Counted from the whole stretch's first letter, positions 12,593 through 24,328 are shown. The stretch: DNA of 63,993 nucleotides, filler included, from Vicugna vicugna (GCA_013265495.1; 73 parts of 72 records of this genome joined end to end with filler, not necessarily neighbours in it), one strand, 5' to 3'. Numbers and translations are program-made. The notes: generated by a model from the sequence alone, not told the origin.

Positions 12593-13207
12593 NNNNNNNN
12601 NNNNNNNNNNNNNNNNNNNNNNNNNNNNNNNNNNNNTTAATTAATTAANNNNNNNNNNNNNNNNNNNNNNNNNNNNNNNNNNNNNNNNNNNNTTTTTCAA
12701 GACAGTCTAGGTAAATATTAGAGGTCAGATAGTGAACTGAACTGTAAATGTCGCCAATGACATGAAAGACACAGCTAATGTGGACCGTCTTTCAATTGAG
12801 TCAAGCTCCCGGGGGCAATCTATCATAGGTGTGCAGACTTGGTTGCATTCAAGTGCTTTACCCAACATGATAGGATGATTAAGCGTTCTCATCACTGATA
12901 GAAGAACACCTGGTTCTCAGTAGCCTAGCATAGCTTCAGCAGGATTCTCATAGCTATAATGCCTCTAGGTTCTTTGGATTCAAAGCTAAATATTCGTATC
13001 CTCTTGTATTTACCTTGAGAGGGATGTTACATTTTGAAATGCCAACATTGACCTGTAGCTGTCATCGGGAATAAAGGGCACCTCATGCACAAGTGAATCC
13101 AAGCTTGNNNNNNNNNNNNNNNNNNNNNNNNNNNNNNNNNNNNNNNNNNNNTTAATTAATTAANNNNNNNNNNNNNNNNNNNNNNNNNNNNNNNNNNNNN
13201 NNNNNNN

Positions 13208-13847
13208 AGGCTGTGGATCAACTATTAAATAACCTAATACATAGGTTAAAATGTTTAAAGACAAAAAGTGTAAAATCAAAATATAACTACAATAAATAAT
13301 TAAGTGATAGACATGATGATTTTAAATATGACATGAAAAACACAAATTTTAGGAGGCGGACTACAAAACGTAGAGCTTTTAGACTGTGTTTGATTTTAAG
13401 TGACTCTCAGTTTAAAATAAGTAGATGTAGTTTACAGGTCAATAAAAATGAACTCCATGGTAACCACAAATCAAAACCTACAATAGAAACACAAACAGAG
13501 AGGAAAGAATAGAAACTTAACTAATGAAAGTTATCAAAATACAACGTAAGAGACTAAGAGAAGACGAAAAAAGAGAAGAACTACAGAAACATCAGAAGAC
13601 GATTAACAAAATGGGAATAAGTACATAATTATCAATAATCACTTGGACTAAATGATCCAATCCAAGTACATAGGATGGTTGATTGAATAAAAAACAAGAC
13701 CTTTATATGATGCCTACAAGAAACTCGCTTCAGAGCTAAAGACACATGCAGAGTGAAAGACAGAGGATGAAAGAAGATATTCCATGCAAATGGAAACAAA
13801 AAAAAGCTGTGCAGCAATACTCATATCAGACAAAGGAGACTTTAAAA
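13208..13847 (+). mobile_element. LINE-1 inter-ORF region and start of ORF2 (endonuclease domain), degenerate
   Basis: ATG at 13611 followed by tgcctacaagaaact (CLQET) and aagaagatattccatgcaaatgga (KKIFHANG), motifs of the L1 APE endonuclease. Contains stops and frameshifts. Confidence 0.9.
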
Positions 13848-13947
13848 NNNNNNNNNNNNNNNNNNNNNNNNNNNNNNNNNNNNNNNNNNNNTTAATTAAT
13901 TAANNNNNNNNNNNNNNNNNNNNNNNNNNNNNNNNNNNNNNNNNNNN

Positions 13948-15430
13948 TTTATTCTCTAATCTATATTCTATAATTTGTGTTCATCATTCTAATTACTATA
14001 TCCTATATTCAGTACTACGTAGTCTATATTATATATTCTGTGTTCCACAATATATATTCTAAATTCTATATAAAGTATTCTGTATTCTATATTCTAATTT
14101 CTGTGTTCTGCGTTCCATGTTCTAAATTCTGGTTTCTATATTCTCTAATCTTTATTTTATATACTGTGTTCCAAATTGTATATTCTGTATTCAATATTCT
14201 GCATTCCGTATTCTACATTCCATATTCTGTGTTATACATTCTATATTCTAAATTCGAAATTCACTATTCTGTATTCTATATTCTAAATTCTGTGTTCTAC
14301 ATTCCATGTTCTTAATTCTGGGTTCTATATTCTCTATTCTATATTCTATATTTTGTGTTCATCATTCTATACTGTATATAATATATTCGGCATTCTGTAA
14401 TCTATATTCTATGTTCTGTGTTCTACATTCTATATTCTAAATTCTATATTCAGTTTTCTGTATTCTATATTCTAAATTCTGTGTTCTGCATTCCAAGTTC
14501 TAAATTCTCGGTTCTATATTCTCTAATCTATATTCTATATTCTGTGTTCTACATTGTANNNNNNNNNNNNNNNNNNNNNNNNNNNNNNNNNNNNNNNNNN
14601 NNNNNNNNNNNNNNNNNNNNNNNNNNNNNNNNNNNNNNNNNNNNNNNNNNNNNNNNNNNNNNNNNNNNNNNNNNNNNNNNNNNNNNNNNNNNNNNNNNNN
14701 NNNNNNNNNNNNNNNNNNNNNNNNNNNNNNNNNNNNNNNNNNNNNNNNNNNNNNNNNNNNNNNNNNNNNNNNNNNNNNNNNNNNNNNNNNNNNNNNNNNN
14801 NNNNNNNNNNNNNNNNNNNNNNNNNNNNNNNNNNNNNNNNNNNNNNNNNNNNNNNNNNNNNNNNNNNNNNNNNNNNNNNNNNNNNNNNNNNNNNNNNNNN
14901 NNNNNNNNNNNNNNNNNNNNNNNNNNNNNNNNNNNNNNNNNNNNNNNNNNNNNNNNNNNNNNNNNNNNNNNNNNNNNNNNNNNNNNNNNNNNNNNNNNNN
15001 NNNNNNNNNNNNNNNNNNNNNNNNNNNNNNNNNNNNNNNNNNNNNNNNNNNNNNNNNNNNNNNNNNNNNNNNNNNNNNNNNNNNNNNNNNNNNNNNNNNN
15101 NNNNNNNNNNNNNNNNNNNNNNNNNNNNNNNNNNNNNNNNNNNNNNNNNNNNNNNNNNNNNNNNNNNNNNNNNNNNNNNNNNNNNNNNNNNNNNNNNNNN
15201 NNNNNNNNNNNNNNNNNNNNNNNNNNNNNNNNNNNNNNNNNNNNNNNNNNNNNNNNNNNNNNNNNNNNNNNNNNNNNNNNNNNNNNNNNNNNNNNNNNNN
15301 NNNNNNNNNNNNNNNNNNNNNNTACATTCTATGTGTTCTATATTGTATATTCTATATTATATATAATGTATTCCGTATTCTATAATCTATACTCTGTGTT
15401 ATATATTCTATATCCTATATTCTATATTCA
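13948..15430. repeat. Satellite family C: degenerate (TATATTC)n with a 189-bp (27x7) superunit
   Basis: ttcca(t/a)g landmark at 14113, 14302 and 14491, exactly 189 apart. Confidence 0.95.
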
Positions 15431-16145
15431 NNNNNNNNNNNNNNNNNNNNNNNNNNNNNNNNNNNNNNNNNNNNTTAATTAATTAANNNNNNNNNNNNNN
15501 NNNNNNNNNNNNNNNNNNNNNNNNNNNNNNAGCTGTTTTAAATTTCCTCTCACCAAGAAAGCAATCTTTATCAAGGATAAAAACCCATATGGAAATCGAA
15601 ATGACAGGACGTTTCTAGCTAAGTGAACATCCAGATCTGAACACAAACCTAAATCCAATCAGATCTCACTCGAACGAGCTCAACAAAGTCCTGGGCAACC
15701 CTGGAAATTAGCTCTTTTGTTCCAAATGTTGGCTGAGCTAAGATCATCAAACAAGGAAGGGAAAGAGAGAAGACGAAAGTCCACCTGGCAGCCTCCATCA
15801 GTTTTCTTACAGCCACAAGGTGCCACTCTAGGGCGGCCCCGCTAACAAGCCCCCCATAAAGAAAGCCGGCATCCACACTGCCCCTGCCGTCCCCAAGTAG
15901 CCCCGATGCCCATATTCCAGCCTGTGAATGGTCTTCTAATGATCCCCCAGTTGGTGGCACCCACCCCCTCATCCCTGCCACACACACAGAGCCACGGCAA
16001 CCTTCCCAAATCACACATTTGATTACATCAACCCCACTTCAAATGNNNNNNNNNNNNNNNNNNNNNNNNNNNNNNNNNNNNNNNNNNNNTTAATTAATTA
16101 ANNNNNNNNNNNNNNNNNNNNNNNNNNNNNNNNNNNNNNNNNNNN

Positions 16146-16502
16146 TCAAATTACATATCTCTAGTGTAGATTTCGCTCCAAGAGGTTTTTTGTGGGACCA
16201 AAGTGTGATTCTTGAATCTGGTGATAGGAAAAGCTACGAAGTCTAAGTAAATATTTCAGGGTGCATAGGTAACTTGTTTCGTGTTTGAAACATCAGTCAT
16301 GCGCATGTTCACAACTGAGAAACTCATGTTTAAGGAAACCCTGTTGCATAAAACATGTTCGTAATTCGAAATGTCATGTTTATGTAAGCAATGTAAATTA
16401 CATGTATATTGGTTAGAATTCGCTCAAAGAGAGTTTTCCGCTGCCAAATGTCCGATTTTAGAACCTGGTGATAGGAAAAACCTATGAAGTCAGAGTAAAT
16501 AT
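16146..16502. repeat. Satellite family A
   Basis: A1 (ttcgctccaagagg...aagtgtgattcttga) followed by A2 (ttcgctcaaaga...aaatgtccgattttagaacc). Confidence 0.93.
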
Positions 16503-16602
16503 NNNNNNNNNNNNNNNNNNNNNNNNNNNNNNNNNNNNNNNNNNNNTTAATTAATTAANNNNNNNNNNNNNNNNNNNNNNNNNNNNNNNNNNNNNNNNNN
16601 NN

Positions 16603-16930
16603 TGCACATGTTCACAACTCAGAAATGCATGTTTGAGGAATCTGTTTTGCATGAAACATGTTCAGAATACGGACTGCCACGGTTATATAAAAAATGTAAT
16701 TTACAAGTGTATTGGTGAGAATTCGCTCAAAGAGGGTTTTCTGGTGCCAAATGTCCGATTTTAGTACCTGGTGAAAGAAAAAATCTATGAAGTCACAGTA
16801 AATATTTCTAAGTCTATATACGCCTGTTTCGGTGGATGAAAGTTCACTAATCCACATGCTCACAAGTCAGAAACGCATGACTGCTGAATCCTTCATACAT
16901 GTAGCATGTACGGAACCCGGGAATGCCATG
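16603..16930. repeat. Satellite family A
   Basis: catgttcacaactcagaaatgcatgtttgagg...gaattcgctcaaaag...catgtacggaaccc. Confidence 0.93.
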
Positions 16931-17030
16931 NNNNNNNNNNNNNNNNNNNNNNNNNNNNNNNNNNNNNNNNNNNNTTAATTAATTAANNNNNNNNNNNNNN
17001 NNNNNNNNNNNNNNNNNNNNNNNNNNNNNN

Positions 17031-17483
17031 CTGAGAAACCCGAGTAAGTGTTTCTCCTGCAACACGTTCCCTTTGAGCTGGATGAATGAACGTCTCTCCA
17101 TATGCTCAATTCTGAGAGATAAGTGTGTGTGAAAGCCGTCCTTCACCTAGCTTGAAGGGAACACAAAGTTTCTTTTCAGTTGCAAACACCACTCCATACA
17201 TATATATGGGGAGGTACNNNNNNNNNNNNNNNNNNNNNNNNNNNNNNNNNNNNNNNNNNNNNNNNNNNNNNNNNNNNNNNNNNNNNNNNNNNNNNNNNNN
17301 NNNNNNNNNNNNNNNNNNNNNNNNNNNNNNNNNNNNNNNNNNNNNNNNNNNNNNNNNNNNNNNNNNNNNNNNNNNNNNNNNNNNNNNNNNNNNNNNNNNN
17401 NNNNNNNNNNNNGAGTTTATCTTCAGTTGCAAACCCCATCCATACATATATATGGTGAGGTAGAAGCTCCAACTCGGTTTTAC
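17031..17483. repeat. Satellite family E (~245-248 bp), opposite orientation to 20474-20929
   Basis: Reverse complement of the 20474 scaffold (gtgtgtgtgaaagccgtccttcacctagcttgaagggaacacaaag). Confidence 0.88.
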
Positions 17484-17583
17484 NNNNNNNNNNNNNNNNN
17501 NNNNNNNNNNNNNNNNNNNNNNNNNNNTTAATTAATTAANNNNNNNNNNNNNNNNNNNNNNNNNNNNNNNNNNNNNNNNNNNN

Positions 17584-18655
17584 CCTTGGGGAGGCAGCGT
17601 ATGTCATTGGGATATCCTGAAAACCCCCGTACCATTCCCTGGCACAGAGATATTAGGAAAAATCTCAGGGGAGGCGAGTTTAGGCATTCCGTTAGAACCG
17701 ACGCGCTGCCGACCGTTGGTGGAACCTCCCCACGCTCAGGATTCCGGAACCATTGTCAGTGCGNNNNNNNNNNNNNNNNNNNNNNNNNNNNNNNNNNNNN
17801 NNNNNNNNNNNNNNNNNNNNNNNNNNNNNNNNNNNNNNNNNNNNNNNNNNNNNNNNNNNNNNNNNNNNNNNNNNNNNNNNNNNNNNNNNNNNNNNNNNNN
17901 NNNNNNNNNNNNNNNNNNNNNNNNNNNNNNNNNNNNNNNNNNNNNNNNNNNNNNNNNNNNNNNNNNNNNNNNGTGGGACCTAGCTCAGTATACCAGAACT
18001 ATTGTCAGTGCGAGGGGAGCTCGAGAGATAACTCCACGCAGCTCTCTTCATTCACAGGAGTTCCCTGTTCCGGGAAGTCCGGGAAATACCTTCCCTGGCC
18101 TTGGGGAAGAAGCGTATGTCACTGGGAAATCCTGCAAACACCCCTACCATTCCCTGGCATAGAGAATTTAGGAAAACCCTCAGGGGAGGAGAGCAAAGGC
18201 ATTCCGTTAGATCCCACGCGCTGCCGACCGTTGGTGGGACCTACCCACGCTCAGTATACCAGAACTATTGTCAGTGCGAGGGGAGCTCGAGAGATAACTC
18301 CACGCAGCTCTCTTCATTCACAGGAGTTCCCTGTTCCGGGAAGTCCGGGAAATACCTTCCCTGACCTTGGGGTGGCAGCCTCGGTCACTGGGATATCCTG
18401 CAATCACCCCTAGCATTCCCTGGCACAGAGATATTAGGAAAACCCTCAGGGGAGGAGAGCAAAGGCATTCCGTTAGATCCCACGCGCTGCCGACCGTTGG
18501 TGGGATCTCCCCACACTCAGGATTCCGGAACCATTGTCAGTGCGTGGGGGAGCTCGAGAGACATCTCCATGCAGCTCTCTTCAGTCAAGGTGTTCCCTGT
18601 TTGGGGAAGCCCGGGAAATAACTTCCCTGAACTTGGGGAGGCAGTGTATGTCACT
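17584..18655. repeat. Satellite family B
   Basis: CTCGAG at 18020, 18286 and 18553 (spacings 266, 267). Confidence 0.95.
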
Positions 18656-18755
18656 NNNNNNNNNNNNNNNNNNNNNNNNNNNNNNNNNNNNNNNNNNNNT
18701 TAATTAATTAANNNNNNNNNNNNNNNNNNNNNNNNNNNNNNNNNNNNNNNNNNNN

Positions 18756-20373
18756 TAGCTCTGCTGTTATTAGAAATTGTGGTCATGTGGCATAGGCTAC
18801 AGAAATGGCAGTACTTTGCCATTCAGGATTGGTCTATGTCCTGACACTCCTCCCTGTTTTCCAGTATTGCTGCCGAGATATCAGCTGAAACCACTCTGGA
18901 GGTTCTCTTGTGAACATGTTGCTTTCCTCCAGGTGCATTTTAAATCACTGGGATGCTCATGAACTTTGTTGATTTGAATCATACAGCTGCTGGTAGATCT
19001 ATTGGGATTCCACCTCCTTTGGACGCTNNNNNNNNNNNNNNNNNNNNNNNNNNNNNNNNNNNNNNNNNNNNNNNNNNNNNNNNNNNNNNNNNNNNNNNNN
19101 NNNNNNNNNNNNNNNNNNNNNNNNNNNNNNNNNNNNNNNNNNNNNNNNNNNNNNNNNNNNNNNNNNNNNNNNNNNNNNNNNNNNNNNNNNNNNNNNNNNN
19201 NNNNNNNNNNNNNNNNNNNNNNNNNNNNNNNNNNNNNNNNNNNNNNNNNNNNNNNNNNNNNNNNNNNNNNNNNNNNNNNNNNNNNNNNNNNNNNNNNNNN
19301 NNNNNNNNNNNNNNNNNNNNNNNNNNNNNNNNNNNNNNNNNNNNNNNNNNNNNNNNNNNNNNNNNNNNNNNNNNNNNNNNNNNNNNNNNNNNNNNNNNNN
19401 NNNNNNNNNNNNNNNNNNNNNNNNNNNNNNNNNNNNNNNNNNNNNNNNNNNNNNNNNNNNNNNNNNNNNNNNNNNNNNNNNNNNNNNNNNNNNNNNNNNN
19501 NNNNNNNNNNNNNNNNNNNNNNNNNNNNNNNNNNNNNNNNNNNNNNNNNNNNNNNNNNNNNNNNNNNNNNNNNNNNNNNNNNNNNNNNNNNNNNNNNNNN
19601 NNNNNNNNNNNNNNNNNNNNNNNNNNNNNNNNNNNNNNNNNNNNNNNNNNNNNNNNNNNNNNNNNNNNNNNNNNNNNNNNNNNNNNNNNNNNNNNNNNNN
19701 NNNNNNNNNNNNNNNNNNNNNNNNNNNNNNNNNNNNNNNNNNNNNNNNNNNNNNNNNNNNNNNNNNNNNNNNNNNNNNNNNNNNNNNNNNNNNNNNNNNN
19801 NNNNNNNNNNNNNNNNNNNNNNNNNNNNNNNNNNNNNNNNNNNNNNNNNNNNNNNNNNNNNNNNNNNNNNTGCTCTATGTCCTTTTGGAGTGTTTCCAAA
19901 ACAGCCAAATGAGAGTTCACTTGTGCTTTGTAGTGCCACGGCTATGTCCCAATGAAACCAGGTCTTCCCATGGCTTCTCTGTCTACAGAAACCCCAGTGG
20001 AAGCAGATCTATGGATGTCACACATCAGGGCCTGCTGGAATGTTCCCGCAGACCGACCTTGGTGTCCTCGGTGCTGTACCGTTCCGGTGCCATCCAAAAT
20101 GCAGCATCTTCTTCTGGGAGATAATGCTTAAAGATATGCTTCCTCTTCTCACGCTGTGGACTTGGACCACTCTTCCTTGTCCTCTCATCCTTGTGGCACA
20201 GCTGCACGAAGGCAACCGCAGAGCTGTTGTGATCCTGTGCCTCAAACCAAACAGTAATCCCAGCCCAGGTTATGAATGTAGGCGATCCTAAGGCTTTTCA
20301 TTCTTATATCAAACCCAAGGCCCCCTGCATCCCTCAGACCAGAGGCACGATATCTCAGATTCAGCCTCACACG
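18756..20373. repeat. Scaffold carrying unclassified multicopy sequence F, copy 2 (19871-20373); gap 19028-19870
   Basis: Co-linear homology with 7990-8475. Confidence 0.8.
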
Positions 20374-20473
20374 NNNNNNNNNNNNNNNNNNNNNNNNNNN
20401 NNNNNNNNNNNNNNNNNTTAATTAATTAANNNNNNNNNNNNNNNNNNNNNNNNNNNNNNNNNNNNNNNNNNNN

Positions 20474-20929
20474 CATGTGGAGAGACGTTCGTTCATCCAG
20501 CACAAAAGGAACGGTTGGTAGGAGAAACAGTACTCCGTGTTCTCAGTCTGTTTCCTAGTGCCGGTTTGAAGTGCCTGCCGTTTTCACTGTAAAACCGAGT
20601 TGGGCCTTGTACATCCCCATATATATGTATGGAGTGGAGTTGGCAACTGAAAAGAAACTTTGTGTTCCCTTCAAGCTAGGTGAAGGACGGCTTTCACACA
20701 CACTTATCTCTCAGAACTGAGCATAGAGACGTTCGTTCATCCAGCACAAAGGGAAAGGGTTGCAACAGAAACACTTACTCTGTGTTCTCAGTCTGTTCCC
20801 TAGTGACGGTTTGAAGTGCCTGCCGTTTTCACTGTAAAACCGAGTTGGGGCTTGTACCACCCCATATATATGTATGGATTGGTATTTGAAACTGAAAAGA
20901 AGCTTTGTGTTCCCTTCAAGCTAGGTGAA
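20474..20929. repeat. Satellite family E, ~1.9 monomers
   Basis: gttcgttcatccagcac at 20487 and 20731; tcaagctaggtgaa at 20671 and 20916. Confidence 0.92.
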
Positions 20930-21814
20930 NNNNNNNNNNNNNNNNNNNNNNNNNNNNNNNNNNNNNNNNNNNNTTAATTAATTAANNNNNNNNNNNNNNN
21001 NNNNNNNNNNNNNNNNNNNNNNNNNNNNNGTCACCCCGGGTCAAGGCCTAGCCGAAGGCAGTGTTTATACCCGGAGCCTGTGAGACCAGGGGTGTTGGCA
21101 TGGGGGTTGCAAGGCGACATGGAAGATCTTGCTTCTGATGTACCTGTCTCCCTTTCTCTCATCTTGCCTTGATATGGTTTCAACAAATAATTTGAAAAGT
21201 ATACAAAAGAAAGAGAATTTAAATGCAATGAAGATAAGACCAAAACAAAAACCACCAAAAAACAAAAACAAGACTGAGTGTAAGGAACAAGTTCTTTGCT
21301 CTGAGACAGTTCAGACAGTGAGAACAAAATGATGGTTCTGGCTTCACTGTGAGGGGAGGGCTCCCTGCAGGAAGCTCAGAAGTGAGCGCTTCGGAAAAGT
21401 AAAGATGCCTGTTGGGACATGATTCCAGGCACATAATGCTTCACTTCCCAGTGCCCAGTCTTCTCTTAAAAGCCGTCTCTTACACTGGGAGAGTGCTGAT
21501 TCACTAACTGGCAGGTTACTTTTATTTTGGCTGATTGGGTAGTTTAATAAATATTATTTTGGTCAAAGAATGCATCTGTCAGNNNNNNNNNNNNNNNNNN
21601 NNNNNNNNNNNNNNNNNNNNNNNNNNNNNNNNNGCTGCTGTTGGACGTTCATTGGCTAATTTCTGTTATTTCTTCCTAACTTCTAGCATAATAAATGCCA
21701 TTTGTAAGTTCTAANNNNNNNNNNNNNNNNNNNNNNNNNNNNNNNNNNNNNNNNNNNNTTAATTAATTAANNNNNNNNNNNNNNNNNNNNNNNNNNNNNN
21801 NNNNNNNNNNNNNN

Positions 21815-22284
21815 ATATAGACTTGCAAGTCTTCCAACAGGAAGAATGAATGCCATATAATACCCTACGTAGAGAAGAAATGGCATAAGCCTTTAACAAA
21901 GACAAGTAGCTCTGCAAAAGTGTACTAAGAGCAAAAGAGACAGACAGTAAAGTGCACATTGCGGTTGGTTTCATTTCTAGGAATTTCAGCCCCCATGAAA
22001 CCAATGGATCCATGTCCTGAGACTGCGGGTGTTTCAGCAGAAGTCAACCGACGGATATGTATTTCGGGTGTACGGATATTACAGGAACATAAGTTTCCTT
22101 TAGAGGGTCTCTGTGTACTGTGAACTTTAGAAAATTTAAAGACGTGTGAAACCATCAACTGAAAATGGACACACTTGCCTCCGTTGGTACTGTGCATACA
22201 GATCTGAAGAAAAGGAAAGAGGGAAGAACAAAGGATCCTTGGGACGCTAGTGGGTAGAATCACATTTAGCTTAGGAACCTCTCG
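21815..22284. repeat. Unclassified multicopy sequence G, copy 1
   Basis: 21815-~22008 is a diverged reverse-complement homologue of 37604-~37795 (aagtgtactaagagcaaaagag; gaatttcagcccccatgaa). Confidence 0.85.
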
Positions 22285-22384
22285 NNNNNNNNNNNNNNNN
22301 NNNNNNNNNNNNNNNNNNNNNNNNNNNNTTAATTAATTAANNNNNNNNNNNNNNNNNNNNNNNNNNNNNNNNNNNNNNNNNNNN

Positions 22385-22437
22385 CCAGGTTCGAATTCGT
22401 GCATTTTTCACAGAAAAAAAGTTCTGGAGTAGATTTC
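22385..22437. repeat. Satellite A (A3 subunit) stub directly abutting an L1
   Basis: ccaggttcgaattcgtgcatttttcacagaaaaa..ttctggag matches the A3 subunit. Confidence 0.85.
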
Positions 22438-22442
22438 CTTTT

Positions 22443-22865
22443 GTGTACCCAGAAGGAAATCTACTTCAGGATGACACCTGCACCCCAATGTTCATAGCAG
22501 CACTATTTACAATAGCCAAAACATGGAAACAACCTAAATGTCCATCTACATGTGACTGGATAAAGAAGATGTGGTATATTTATACAATGGAATACTACTC
22601 AGCCATAAAAACCGACAACATAATGCCATTTGCAGCAACATGGATGCTCCTAGGGAATGTCATTCTAAGTGAAGTAAGCCAGAAAGAGAAAGAAAAATAC
22701 CATATGAGACGCTCATATGTGGAATCTAAAAAACAAAAACAAACAAACAAAAAAAACAAAGCATAATTACGGGACAGAAATGGACTCATGGACAGGAAAT
22801 ACAGACTTGTGTTTACAAGTGGGGGCTGGGTAGAGGGTGGGAAGGGATAGACTGGGATTTCAAAA
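22443..22865 (+). mobile_element. LINE-1 ORF2 C-terminus and start of 3' UTR
   Basis: Translates to TCTPMFIAALFTIAKTWKQPKCPS...WIKKMWYIYTMEYYSAIK...PFAATWM, the conserved end of L1 ORF2p. Confidence 0.95.
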
Positions 22866-23875
22866 NNNNNNNNNNNNNNNNNNNNNNNNNNNNNNNNNNN
22901 NNNNNNNNNTTAATTAATTAANNNNNNNNNNNNNNNNNNNNNNNNNNNNNNNNNNNNNNNNNNNNTAAATGGCATAAGTTTTAGTGGAATGTGGAGGTCA
23001 CAATACAAATATTTAGTTGATATAGATCTTTACTCTAAATAATGATGACATTTTTTGATGTTAAGTTGCCTTCCTGCTTTCCTTCCCTCTTCTTTTCTTT
23101 CTTTTTGATTGGTATTTTTGGCTCTAAAATTTATTTTTTTGGCAAAATCTTATTTGAATTGATACAGAGATGAAGGATACACACACACANNNNNNNNNNN
23201 NNNNNNNNNNNNNNNNNNNNNNNNNNNNNNNNNNNTTTCTCGAATCAATTCAAAATATTTTAAGAATGCTGCTTTCCTTGAATTAAACTTAATTCTTCTC
23301 ACTTATTTATTAAGCAGCATTCCTTTGTCATGCACTGACTACAGCCTTGTTCTTCCACTAAGTAATTGTGTTTTATAAATTTGCAAGCAACCAGAGTGAT
23401 TTCAGAATTTGTTAAAGATTTACAAAAAATTGACATGATCTTAACCACATGCTGCTATTGCCAATATGCCCGTTAGAGTGATGATTTTACTAAAAGCAAT
23501 GTCAAACTCCTTCACATTCCTACAATAATGGCCTTACTATTATACTACAAAAGATGACATCTTCAAATAAAAATGTCTAACTCTATAACAATATTCCATG
23601 AATTCACTTATTACACAATATTAACAAACTACTTAAAGAATGACTCAAAACCATATAAGATATTATTTCACATGTATTGAAAAAATAATACGATGAAGTA
23701 AATTAAATCTAATGGTGTTAAATTATTCACAGCCTTTCTAATGATAAAAACTTTAAATATAAAATATTCTGCTTCNNNNNNNNNNNNNNNNNNNNNNNNN
23801 NNNNNNNNNNNNNNNNNNNTTAATTAATTAANNNNNNNNNNNNNNNNNNNNNNNNNNNNNNNNNNNNNNNNNNNN

Positions 23876-24218
23876 TGACCTTTAAAGAACAACTTCCCTC
23901 TCATGTAAAGAAAAAAAACTGCAAAAGAGAGAATAACATTTGTCTTGTGGAGATGTATAGGAATATTGTGATCAGATCTACAGCAACGAGCAAAGGATTC
24001 AGGCACCAGGAGGTTTGCCCCAACCAACCACAACCCCTCCCCTTTCAGTATAAAAGAAACCTGAATTCAAACTTCGGTAAGAAGATTTTTTGGGACACCA
24101 GTCTGCTATTATCTCCATCTGCTGGCTTTCTGAATAAAGTCACTATTCCTTGTCCCAGCAACTCCTCTCTTGATTTATTGGCCTGTTATGTGGCAACAGT
24201 ACCAGCTTGGACTCTTCA
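23876..24218 (+). mobile_element. ERV LTR (ERV1-like), 3' part
   Basis: TATAAAA at 24049, AATAAA at 24133, and U5-like text (cttgatttattggcctg...gcttggactc). Confidence 0.65.
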
Positions 24219-24219
24219 A

Positions 24220-24328
24220 CTGACTTGTTGTGGTGATTATTTCACAGTATGTACAAGTATGGAATCATTATGGTGCACATTTGAAACTAACCTAATGTTG
24301 TGTGCCAAGTATACCTCAAAAAAAAAAA
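24220..24328 (+). mobile_element. L1 3' terminus with poly(A)
   Basis: tgtggtgattatttcacagtat...gaatcattatg.tgcacatttgaaactaa...tatacctcaaaaaaaaaaa. Confidence 0.8.

Noticed and set aside
13977..15482. Hydrophobic YSVFYIL-repeat ORFs resembling membrane proteins (also at 37197, 54623, 55280, 57883, 61465)
   Set aside because: They are translations of the stop-poor strand of the (TATATTC)n satellite.
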